A DNA stretch of 32,000 nucleotides, taken from the NCBI GenBank assembly GCA_003144275.1, contig NJBF01000022.1, positions 30,001-62,000 of the forward strand. The letters run 5' to 3'. The first letter of the stretch is position 1, and every line of letters begins with the position of its first letter. The notes beneath the pieces are model-generated. The model was not told the origin of the DNA and ran no database searches. It was given only the letters and a program-made list of their open reading frames with translations. Of this stretch, positions 9,554-17,734 are shown piece by piece. The translations under genes were made by a program, and so were the position numbers. Source of the DNA: Candidatus Heimdallarchaeota archaeon B3_Heim. Its GTDB lineage: Archaea > Asgardarchaeota > Heimdallarchaeia > Hodarchaeales > Hodarchaeaceae.

Positions 9554-9760
9554 CGTCTTTTCGCATCCTTTTTTGTCTAATTTTATTTCCGTTCTTTCTC
9601 CTTGAAAAACCTATTTTCCTATTGGATAGGAGGAAATTGTAGGTTACTCAAAGATAACGACAAATTATAAAACTGGGACTACGAAAATCGTTGTGTCTAA
9701 ACTCAGCTATCTAGTCAAACGCTGAGGTTCATTTAAGACTAAAAATGGATAGTATGGAAA

Positions 9761-10492
9761 TTGAGTATATTAGAAAAGATTCAGTCAATAAAAAGTCTTT
9801 ATATATTAATGGCTTTAGGTGCAGCTATCGGAATTATCTCTGGAATTGGAGCTACCTGTGTAACGTTTGATCCCAGATGGTGGAAAGTATCTGCTTTCTC
9901 CATTGTAGAAGATTATCAGATGGTTTGGATTATTTGCTATTTTGTCACGTGGTTAGTAGGTATATTATGGGTTGTTCTATATTGGGCATTGAAATCAGGA
10001 AAATCATGGTTCTATAAAGTTTCCATCGTTAATTGTATCTTGGGATTCTTTAGTGGGGCTATTCCCTCCTTGTTATTATTTTACGAAGATTGGGCGAGCT
10101 ATGGTGAGTCGGGAATGAAATTCACGCCTTCTTGGTTCCGAGCCATAGGAAATGTGATCATACTCCTAGTATTATTGCTACCCAAAATGAGAAGTAATCT
10201 TTCAACCCACATGGCTGAAAAAAGTGGAGCTGTTGGTGGAAGTATCGGTTCACAGGTAGCGAATTTTGCACTAGTAGTGTTAAGTTTCGGGGTTTTATTA
10301 ATTGTTCAACCAATCTTCATGCCAATGACACATCCAATAAATGCTGATGTATATATGTATACTGGTAACTGGCTGGAAGCATTCCAGTACTATGTTGGTT
10401 TATCCTCTATCGTGCTTGGAATTGTTCTACGATTTGTCGGGCAAATCTTGAACATCGTTTATTCTCCTAAACCATCCACTACAAATGTATAG
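9761..10492 (+). CDS. Uncharacterised membrane protein, about 6 TM helices
   Basis: Six hydrophobic segments, Trp-rich, FTPSWFR motif; TTG start uncertain; no family recognised. Confidence 0.7.
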   Translation: MSILEKIQSIKSLYILMALGAAIGIISGIGATCVTFDPRWWKVSAFSIVEDYQMVWIICYFVTWLVGILWVVLYWALKSGKSWFYKVSIVNCILGFFSGAIPSLLLFYEDWASYGESGMKFTPSWFRAIGNVIILLVLLLPKMRSNLSTHMAEKSGAVGGSIGSQVANFALVVLSFGVLLIVQPIFMPMTHPINADVYMYTGNWLEAFQYYVGLSSIVLGIVLRFVGQILNIVYSPKPSTTNV

Positions 10493-10566
10493 TAGTCATA
10501 AGTATTTTCCTTGGATTTAGAAGATTGTTTAATTTTCTAACTCCCCCTTTTTTTGCTTTAGAATAA

Positions 10567-11034
10567 TCATTCGCATTCTCGTATCTGAAAAAGGTTTTTT
10601 GCTTCGTCAATATCGATAATAGGGACTGCATTATGAATGCAAGCAAATGATTTACATTTTTTAACCCCAATACCACCCCATTTAACGCCCCAACCTTTTA
10701 AAGCACTAAAAATAACAGCGAAATCTTCTCCTTTGTCAGTCAAAGAGTAACCAACACGAATGGGCATTTTTTCACTATGAACAAGTCGGTTAACAACCCC
10801 TTGTTCTTCTAATCGACTTAGACTTTCTGATAAAACACGTGCAGATATCTTCTCACTATAATGGCCAAGGATATGTTCTTGTAATTGGCTAAAATATAGT
10901 TCTTGGCACATCAATAATTCACAAATGACGTATAATGTCCATTTACGGCCTAAAATTTTCATTGCAAGGCTAGCTGCACATTCATCAGGTTCTGTTTCAT
11001 TCATAGTGGTGTTCAACAAAAATTGATCAGTCAT
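10567..11034 (-). CDS. HxlR/DUF24 (MarR-type) winged-helix transcriptional regulator
   Basis: CAASLAMKILGRKWTLYVI...ISARVLSESLSRLEEQGVVNR...VGYSLTDKG; N-terminal Cys19 lies in the usual sensor position. Confidence 0.9.
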   Translation of the reverse strand: MTDQFLLNTTMNETEPDECAASLAMKILGRKWTLYVICELLMCQELYFSQLQEHILGHYSEKISARVLSESLSRLEEQGVVNRLVHSEKMPIRVGYSLTDKGEDFAVIFSALKGWGVKWGGIGVKKCKSFACIHNAVPIIDIDEAKNLFQIRECE

Positions 11035-11056
11035 CCGATTAATAGCTATCTTCCGT

Positions 11057-11088
11057 TATAAATATATCGTCTTTAGTAAGTTGCTTAC
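11057..11088 (-). promoter_or_regulatory. Putative TATA box plus adjacent palindromic operator upstream of the HxlR gene
   Basis: Minus-strand TTTATA at 11062-11057, about 25 bp from the ATG; perfect inverted repeat GTAAG-ttg-CTTAC at 11076-11088. Confidence 0.5.
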
Positions 11089-11153
11089 CATAATATAATG
11101 CTATATACAAGAGATAACGTATTCTTTGTTGGAAACATTTCAACTATCTAGCT

Positions 11154-11181
11154 ACTTACTTTCTAGCAACTGACTTACTTT
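11154..11181 (+). repeat. Direct repeat ACTTACTTT x2 (19-bp period), sharing CTTAC with the nearby palindrome
   Basis: ACTTACTTT at 11154-11162 and 11173-11181. Confidence 0.5.
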
Positions 11182-11345
11182 TTTATTCCCGAAAACTTAT
11201 TTCCTTGCTTTCTTTTGTCTCTTTGATTCACGCAAAGATTAAAAACGCAGTCTCAGTAATATTAAGCTCGCGTGTAAAAATCTCGAGCAAATTTAACTTT
11301 TTACACAAAAATAATTCTAACAATAGAAATATTGAGTTGAAAGTC

Positions 11346-12020
11346 ATGTCATTACTAGAAACTGATTTGATTGGAGCAATTGTGCTCCTAGTTGTAGGTA
11401 TTGTGGCGATTGTATTAGCCCTCTTACTACTGAAGGAATACCTTGCTTCCAAGAAAATGTATCATTTAGCCTGGGCACTTAGCTTTTTAGTTCTTTTTAT
11501 CTCGGGTGTTTTGATTATTTTCCTTGGATGGACTGATACTTTAGAAAATCCACTTGTCCCTCCTGTGGCTGCATTGATCCCAGCAGGTCTAGCTATAGGG
11601 CTTCTTTATGCAGTCTTTGAAGAGAAACAATATGGATTTTATTATGCAATATATTCTCTAGTATTGATTGCTATTTTAGCAGTCATTAAATTAATGGAGC
11701 TAGACTTTGCATCTTTTGTTTTAATGGGTGTTCACATTCCCTCTGGGTTGATAATATCATTTCTACCAGTATACACAGCATTTACTAAAGAAACAGAATG
11801 GACAAGTATATTCTTTGGAATTGGTGGTTTACTGATTTCATTTGGCGGCGTTTTGCTCGCCTTCGCAACAGTAGAAGGAATGGAAGCAATTTTGCCATTT
11901 GAGGATATTCTTGTTATCTTACCGTTCTTATTACTCGTCGTTGGAGTATTCTTTGCCCTCGGAATCGGTATTCCATCAAAATGGAAAGTGGAAATACCTG
12001 TAATAAGTGATTTGTTCTAG
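11346..12020 (+). CDS. Uncharacterised 7-TM membrane protein
   Basis: Seven hydrophobic segments from MSLLETDLIG. The first 47 codons of the listed ORF (from 11205) look non-coding, so the ATG at 11346 is preferred. Two His residues (MYH, GVH). Confidence 0.75.
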   Translation: MSLLETDLIGAIVLLVVGIVAIVLALLLLKEYLASKKMYHLAWALSFLVLFISGVLIIFLGWTDTLENPLVPPVAALIPAGLAIGLLYAVFEEKQYGFYYAIYSLVLIAILAVIKLMELDFASFVLMGVHIPSGLIISFLPVYTAFTKETEWTSIFFGIGGLLISFGGVLLAFATVEGMEAILPFEDILVILPFLLLVVGVFFALGIGIPSKWKVEIPVISDLF

Positions 12021-12031
12021 GTGAATAAACA

Positions 12032-13627
12032 ATGAATGTAGAAAATTCTTCTGACTCAAAAATGGATTGGTTAAAGAGAAAGATAAATTACGGTGCTACC
12101 TACAAAGGTATGATTACTTTTACGGTTGTCTGGCTTTTTGTAATAATACTATTTTTATCTACATTTTCTGAACCAATCGAGCTTATACTCGGTCAACCTT
12201 TATTGCCAATCTCATTATCTGCTGAGGCAGTTGACAGAGCAGGCCGCATTATAATACTTTACCATAGCATAGCGGTACCAGTTGTTGCAGTATGCACATA
12301 TTTTGTATTAATGTTAATGGATGTCCGTGAAAAGTTCAAATCAAGAGTGAAATGGCCCCTGTTCCTTGGAAGTATCTTAACTTCAGCCAGCGGTATATTG
12401 TTTGCCTATATCTTTCCTGATCAATGGATTTTACATGGTCTATACTTAGTTGGGCTATCATTATGTTTCTATGCAGGAATCATGCTTCTGCTTGGGGTTT
12501 TTCCAACCAAATCCTTTCCGAAACGAGATGCGGACAACAGTCGAAATGTTGTTTTAGGTCAATCCGCAGTGACACTCCTAACTTTCTGTATTTTACTGAG
12601 TGTTATTCTTGGAGGGGCGATAGGATCCTTTTTCGGAAATGGTTTACTTCCCTTACTTGCAGAGTACTTCCTTCGACCTTATGACCATGATAAATACCCA
12701 GAACTCTTCGTAGATGCTATTAAAGCACATTTACACATTATGTTAGCACTTATTGACGTAATTATTTTACTAGTTGTCTATCGATATACTGTACCAGACC
12801 AAAAAGGAAAATGGTATCGAATCTCGATGATTCTTGCTATGCCAGGTATGTTAATTATGTCAATAGGATCTTGGGCTGTTACGTTTAATTCAGTGGTTGT
12901 CTATCCTTTTGATATGCATTACTTGATTTATGTTGGTGCTGCCATTCTTGTGACCGTTGGCCTAATTTTGGCATTAACGGGCTGGAATAAAATGAGTAAA
13001 AAAGCTCTTGGTGATAACTATGAATCTGCGTCATGGTTTGCTCGGTCTAAGGCTGTTTTCAGTGATCCTGTGAAATTTACGCTTTACTTTCAGCTAATAT
13101 GGGTAAATTTCGTAATGACTTTTGGCGGAATATTCCTAGCCCTCAGTCTCCGTGGACCGACTGACCCAGAAGGAGAATCTCCATTCACAAAAGTGCTTGA
13201 TATAGTAGCTTTTCGAGATGGACCCTTAGCAGTTGAAACTACAGTTGCAAGGGGTCATTGGCACATCTTAGCCACATTATCTGCAATCATGTTGGTACTT
13301 CTACTGACTGATGTTCTAAATATACAGGGCACTACCCGAAAGGTGATGGGTTGGCTGTCATTTGCAGGTAATATTGTCGCATTTGGTCTTGGAATGATAT
13401 ATTTGTATTATCCTCACTTTGATCAAGACTGGGCGGTGAATTTGAATAAGTATGTAGATGTTAGAGAGTTTTGGGCGGACCAAAAATTATTCGGGTTTGG
13501 AAATTGGCTTCCCCTTGTGATGGATTTTGGAATAATGCTTCTTATTATCGTAATAACAATTTTCTGCTTCCACCAGTTAATTCAGATAATAAAAGGTAGA
13601 CATGATGTCAAACAATGGCCAGAGTGA
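12032..13627 (+). CDS. 12-TM His-rich membrane protein, putative heme-binding (heme-copper oxidase subunit I / heme A synthase-like)
   Basis: Twelve hydrophobic segments in three 4-TM repeats; His78 (TM2), His135 (TM4), H233-L-H235 (TM6), His296 (TM8), H409-W-H411 (TM10); GGTGA SD at 12020-12024. The CDS is solid but the function is inferred. Confidence 0.7.
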   Translation: MNVENSSDSKMDWLKRKINYGATYKGMITFTVVWLFVIILFLSTFSEPIELILGQPLLPISLSAEAVDRAGRIIILYHSIAVPVVAVCTYFVLMLMDVREKFKSRVKWPLFLGSILTSASGILFAYIFPDQWILHGLYLVGLSLCFYAGIMLLLGVFPTKSFPKRDADNSRNVVLGQSAVTLLTFCILLSVILGGAIGSFFGNGLLPLLAEYFLRPYDHDKYPELFVDAIKAHLHIMLALIDVIILLVVYRYTVPDQKGKWYRISMILAMPGMLIMSIGSWAVTFNSVVVYPFDMHYLIYVGAAILVTVGLILALTGWNKMSKKALGDNYESASWFARSKAVFSDPVKFTLYFQLIWVNFVMTFGGIFLALSLRGPTDPEGESPFTKVLDIVAFRDGPLAVETTVARGHWHILATLSAIMLVLLLTDVLNIQGTTRKVMGWLSFAGNIVAFGLGMIYLYYPHFDQDWAVNLNKYVDVREFWADQKLFGFGNWLPLVMDFGIMLLIIVITIFCFHQLIQIIKGRHDVKQWPE

Positions 13628-13669
13628 ATAACTAAAAAAAAGATACTAAAAATGGAACGATAGATACCA

Positions 13670-14611
13670 ATGACAAACATTGACTCCCCAGATCAACTAC
13701 AGGCATATGAACAAGCATCGATTGCCACTACCACGACCACACCATATTTCCTTTATGGAGAACTGATTAAAAGTAAGCAAACATTCTTGTTAGTTTATAC
13801 AACCTTTTTTGCTTACTTAATTAGTGCGTGGTCGACTGGTTTTGACTTGAATGTATTCCTGTGGTTGAATGTGGGGGTCTTTTTTGCAATCTCGGGAAGT
13901 ACATTATTGAATATGTATATTGATCGAGATATTGATGCACTAATGGAAAGAACAAGAGATCGTCCACTACCTATGGGAAAGATTTCACCCGGGACGGTTC
14001 TTCGCCACGGTCTACTTTTCACATTTACTGGTCTTCTAGCAATAGCAATATTTGTGGACTACTTGACATTGACTGTCGTCTTTCTTGGTGCCTTTTTTGA
14101 TGTAGTTGTTTATTCACTCTTATTAAAACGTAGAACTCGATATTCCATCATTTTTGGAGGAATTGCGGGTGGTTTACCAGCACTAGCTGGATCTACTGCA
14201 GCATCAGCATCGATAACTTCAGCTGGTCTTTTAATGGGTTTGTTTGTTCTTTGTTGGATTCCTTTGCATATTTTAACTCTTGCATTGCTTCCAAAGAACT
14301 TAGAAGGTTATCAAAAAGCACAAATTCCCATGTGGCCCGTAATTCGAAGTAAAACTCAAACAATACAAGTTATTACATTGTCAGCTATTCTGAGCACTGT
14401 ACTGATTGCACTAACAGGAATTGTATTGAATATTCGGCTATTACCTCTATTACCATTATTTGCATTCTGCATCTATATGATATGGCTCTCGGTTTTAAAC
14501 CTCAGAAAACCAACACAAGTTCGTACATTTAGGATCTTTAAGCTTGCATCAATGCTGATGGCATTCGCATTTTTCTGGCTCTTATTAGGAGTAATTGTAT
14601 CTCCGTACTAG
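13670..14611 (+). CDS. cyoE: Protoheme IX farnesyltransferase (heme O synthase, UbiA superfamily)
   Basis: NMYIDRDIDALMERTRDRPLPMGKI, YSLLLKRRT, GGIAGGLPALAG, WIPLH and YQKAQIPMWPV are the CyoE/CtaB/COX10 motifs. Confidence 0.92.
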   Translation: MTNIDSPDQLQAYEQASIATTTTTPYFLYGELIKSKQTFLLVYTTFFAYLISAWSTGFDLNVFLWLNVGVFFAISGSTLLNMYIDRDIDALMERTRDRPLPMGKISPGTVLRHGLLFTFTGLLAIAIFVDYLTLTVVFLGAFFDVVVYSLLLKRRTRYSIIFGGIAGGLPALAGSTAASASITSAGLLMGLFVLCWIPLHILTLALLPKNLEGYQKAQIPMWPVIRSKTQTIQVITLSAILSTVLIALTGIVLNIRLLPLLPLFAFCIYMIWLSVLNLRKPTQVRTFRIFKLASMLMAFAFFWLLLGVIVSPY

Positions 14612-14739
14612 AAATGGTCGTGTAGTTACGAGGAATTATCCTTCTAATTCTTCTCCTCTTTTTTATCTTACCGCTCTTTCGCGAGTGTTAGTAGTCTCGG
14701 GTAAAAATCTCACCTCAATTTGATTAGGAAGATTTCTAA

Positions 14740-15558
14740 ATGAATATAAGCAGCAAAGTTCGATTAAATAACGGGAGAAAAATGCCTGTTCTTGGACTGG
14801 GAGTCTATCAGATAAGACCCAATCAAGCTAAGCAGGTTTTTCAATGGGCTATAGATATGGGATACCGATTATTTGATACCGCCAGCCTTTACGGAAATGA
14901 AAAAGAGGTTGGACAGGCAATTTTAAAAAGTACTGTAACTCGGAGTGAATTTTTTATAACATCTAAACTCTGGAATACTGATCAAGGTTACAACAACGCA
15001 CTTTCGGCTTTTGAAAATAGTATGGATCAATTTGGTTTGGATTATATAGATTTATATTTAATTCATTGGCCTGTTACTAATTTAAGGTTAGAATCTTGGA
15101 CTGCACTTGAATCGTTGGTTGAAACTGAAAGGGTGAAAGCCGTTGGAGTCAGTAACTATATGATCAACCATTTAGAAGAACTTTTACAAAAGTGTTCAGT
15201 TATTCCAGTAATAAATCAGGTTGAATTTCATCCTTGGCTGTATAAAAAAGCTCTTCTGAAGTATTGTGAAGAGAATCGAATTCAATTGCAAGCGTATAGC
15301 CCATTAACAAAAGGCCAGAAACTCGGAGATAAAAAATTAAAGAAAATTGGAGATAAGTATGGAAAATCTCCTTCACAGATCCTCATTCGTTGGTGCTTAC
15401 AACACAATGTTCCAACTATCCCAAAAAGTGCTAATAAACAACATTTAGAACAAAATATCAATGTTTTTGATTTTCACCTTACTCAGAAGGATATGATGAA
15501 ACTAGATTTAATGAATCAAGATTATTCAGTAACCTGGGATCCAAGAGATTATCCTTAA
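14740..15558 (+). CDS. Aldo/keto reductase (AKR5-like, glyoxal/diketogulonate reductase type)
   Basis: GLGVYQ, FDTASLYGNE, FITSKLWN, DLYLIHWP, GVSNY, NQVEFHP, AYSPL and IPKS motifs. Confidence 0.93.
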   Translation: MNISSKVRLNNGRKMPVLGLGVYQIRPNQAKQVFQWAIDMGYRLFDTASLYGNEKEVGQAILKSTVTRSEFFITSKLWNTDQGYNNALSAFENSMDQFGLDYIDLYLIHWPVTNLRLESWTALESLVETERVKAVGVSNYMINHLEELLQKCSVIPVINQVEFHPWLYKKALLKYCEENRIQLQAYSPLTKGQKLGDKKLKKIGDKYGKSPSQILIRWCLQHNVPTIPKSANKQHLEQNINVFDFHLTQKDMMKLDLMNQDYSVTWDPRDYP

Positions 15559-15581
15559 TTTCGTTACAAAAATGGTTTACT

Positions 15582-16073
15582 TTAAACATCGACGAATTTA
15601 TATTCATAATTAGATTTGTCAATATTTAAAATCATCACGGTGTTTTTGGGGGCAAATCTTTTATCAGTTGGTGAACCAGGATTTAACATTAAAATTTCAT
15701 TTCTGATTTCAGCTGTTGGATGATGTGTGTGTCCTGATACTATAATATGGGGGTTATCATTTTGAAAAAGATCTTGTACCCTTGAAATGTAACCTGATGG
15801 ACTCCCATTACCGTGAGTCAGACCTATCTCAAGCTCTTCCACCTTGAACGTTAGTTTTGGAAGGAATTTTTGTTTCACTTCCCAGCTGCACATATTCCCA
15901 TACACAGCTTTAAGAGGAGCTATCGCTTCCAAAGTATCTGCAACATCAAGTTTTTCAAAATCGCCTGCGTGTAGGATCATATCGACGTCTTTAAACGCTG
16001 CTAGTACTGATTGTGGTAATTTTCCACTCCGTGATGGAATATGGGTATCTGAAATCAAACCTAAAACTTTCAA
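15582..16073 (-). CDS. YfcE/MJ0936-family metallophosphoesterase (phosphodiesterase)
   Basis: SDTH, HAGD, GNM, THG, GHTH and NPGS motifs. AAGGTGA SD at 16084-16090 favours the TTG at 16073 over 16082. Confidence 0.9.
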   Translation of the reverse strand: MKVLGLISDTHIPSRSGKLPQSVLAAFKDVDMILHAGDFEKLDVADTLEAIAPLKAVYGNMCSWEVKQKFLPKLTFKVEELEIGLTHGNGSPSGYISRVQDLFQNDNPHIIVSGHTHHPTAEIRNEILMLNPGSPTDKRFAPKNTVMILNIDKSNYEYKFVDV

Positions 16074-16132
16074 AAGCGTCAATTCACCTTACTTATAGTT
16101 GATTGGGTCGTTAAAATAAAATTTTACATTGG

Positions 16133-17614
16133 TTAACCAAAGATCAGTGACTTAATAACAACTGGAAAAACCCGATCTTCAAAAAGTGGCTTCCCACAAT
16201 CAATGAAATCTCCTTCCTTTACCGAAATTTCGTCCAGAGAAAGAATTTCATTCGTAATACCTGTTTCTCGTTTCAATACATTTCCAACAGAGTTTCCGAT
16301 ATCCGTTTGAAATACTAGAAAGATAGGTTTGTCTTCCTGAACAGACTTGGGTAATCCTTTTACAATTCCAAGTGAAAAAATTGTCAATTTATCATAAACA
16401 GATCGAACAGGGTCAATGAACGCAAGAACAAAATTGCTTTCCCCTTCTATAATATCCATTCTCTTCAGTGAGTTTTGAATCTGGTGTGCGACATAATCGA
16501 TTGATAATTGATTTCGATCGATTTGGGGAATTACTACAGGTAAATTGCGGATTGGAAGATCAATTTTACTCCGGTCTTTTGAAATGAATGTTGTAGAACC
16601 ACTTACATTTAATGTATGCCCGCTTGCGCCAATAACAGTTGCTCGTATCTTTTCTGGAGTTTCAATCCGCTCAAAAGCATGTTTTGCTAAGAGAGATCGA
16701 ATTTGTGTTCCTAATATTTTACCAAGATCATTAAATTCTTGGTCAGTTTTACTATAGATATATTCAGCAACTCCACCTGAGAAACTGACTGCAGGGTTGT
16801 TATTATAACTTTCAAGAGGAAGATTTTCAGTCATCATAAGTTCTTGGGTAAGATTAGAAAGTTCTTTTCCTTTTAAGACCTCTAAAAGTGAGTGAGCCAA
16901 CTTTTCACTCACAAGTGCTTTTTCTTCCAGAGTTAATTTATCACCTAACCTCTGAGAAAGATTGCATGCCTCCAAAACCGAACTACCTGCAGGTTCCAGT
17001 CGAATAATCTCATCAGCATCATTAAATGCAAGTAATCTACCACCAACATTGATACAAGCTGTCGCAGTAATAATTCCATTTTCAATAACAGCAATATTAG
17101 AGGTTCCCCCACCAACATCTGTATGAATAATCTTTTTGCCATGGCTTTCAGAAAAAGTCACTGCACCTGAGCCGTATGCAGATATCATTGATTCAAAATT
17201 CGGTCCAGCCGTGCTTGCAACAAAATTGCCTAATTCGGCTTCTTTTGCTAAGAACTGAACAATTTTTTCGGCATTTTTACGTTTTGCTGCCTCTCCAGTA
17301 ATAATGACTGCACCAGATTCAATAGTTGCGGGATTAATATTCGCTTTCTGGTATTCTCTTAAAAGGGCGGGAAGTAATTGGTCAATGTCTATTTCATTAG
17401 AGGAAAGTAGGGGTGTGAAAATTATATCACCACGATATTTGATTATACGCTCTGAAACATAAAATTTCTCGGTATTAGATGATGGATCCTTTTTAAGTAC
17501 TAATTCCGAAAAAACTAAATGAGAAGTACTAGTTCCAACATCTACCCCAACAGAATTCATTCGTTTCTCTGCAACTCTAATTGTCATTAATAATTTGGCT
17601 TCCTGTATTTCCAT
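16133..17614 (-). CDS. eutA: EutA-family ethanolamine ammonia-lyase reactivating factor (ASKHA-fold ATPase)
   Basis: SVGVDVGTSTSHLVFSEL, GAVIITGEAA, TAGPNFES, DVGGGTSN, CINVGGRL, FSGGVA, IRATVIGAS and C-terminal PVVIKSLIF. Start may be the ATG at 17587. Confidence 0.88.
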   Translation of the reverse strand: MEIQEAKLLMTIRVAEKRMNSVGVDVGTSTSHLVFSELVLKKDPSSNTEKFYVSERIIKYRGDIIFTPLLSSNEIDIDQLLPALLREYQKANINPATIESGAVIITGEAAKRKNAEKIVQFLAKEAELGNFVASTAGPNFESMISAYGSGAVTFSESHGKKIIHTDVGGGTSNIAVIENGIITATACINVGGRLLAFNDADEIIRLEPAGSSVLEACNLSQRLGDKLTLEEKALVSEKLAHSLLEVLKGKELSNLTQELMMTENLPLESYNNNPAVSFSGGVAEYIYSKTDQEFNDLGKILGTQIRSLLAKHAFERIETPEKIRATVIGASGHTLNVSGSTTFISKDRSKIDLPIRNLPVVIPQIDRNQLSIDYVAHQIQNSLKRMDIIEGESNFVLAFIDPVRSVYDKLTIFSLGIVKGLPKSVQEDKPIFLVFQTDIGNSVGNVLKRETGITNEILSLDEISVKEGDFIDCGKPLFEDRVFPVVIKSLIFG

Positions 17615-17734
17615 TGCTACAATTTAGGGGAATCGACTCATGTTTCGATGAATATGGGTAGTTACAAAAAGGTACTGGTATTGACATCTAGAGTTAAACG
17701 TCGTACAATCCCCACAGCAGAAAAATAGAATTGA

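Noticed and set aside
11205-11345. N-terminal extension of the 7-TM ORF
   Set aside because: It has low-complexity Asn/Lys-rich composition typical of AT-rich intergenic DNA; the ATG at 11346 starts the first TM segment.
12032-13627. Canonical cytochrome c oxidase or NO reductase subunit I
   Set aside because: No helix VII HH pair, no helix VI HPxVY or HLWVE motif, and no subunit II gene nearby.
14612-14739. Possible structured RNA after cyoE
   Set aside because: Only a 4-bp CGAG/CTCG stem and a T-tract; no tRNA cloverleaf or extended pairing.
15582-16073. Vps29 (retromer) eukaryotic-signature call
   Set aside because: SDTH/HAGD/GN motifs match the widespread prokaryotic YfcE/MJ0936 family; nothing here distinguishes it as Vps29 without a phylogeny.
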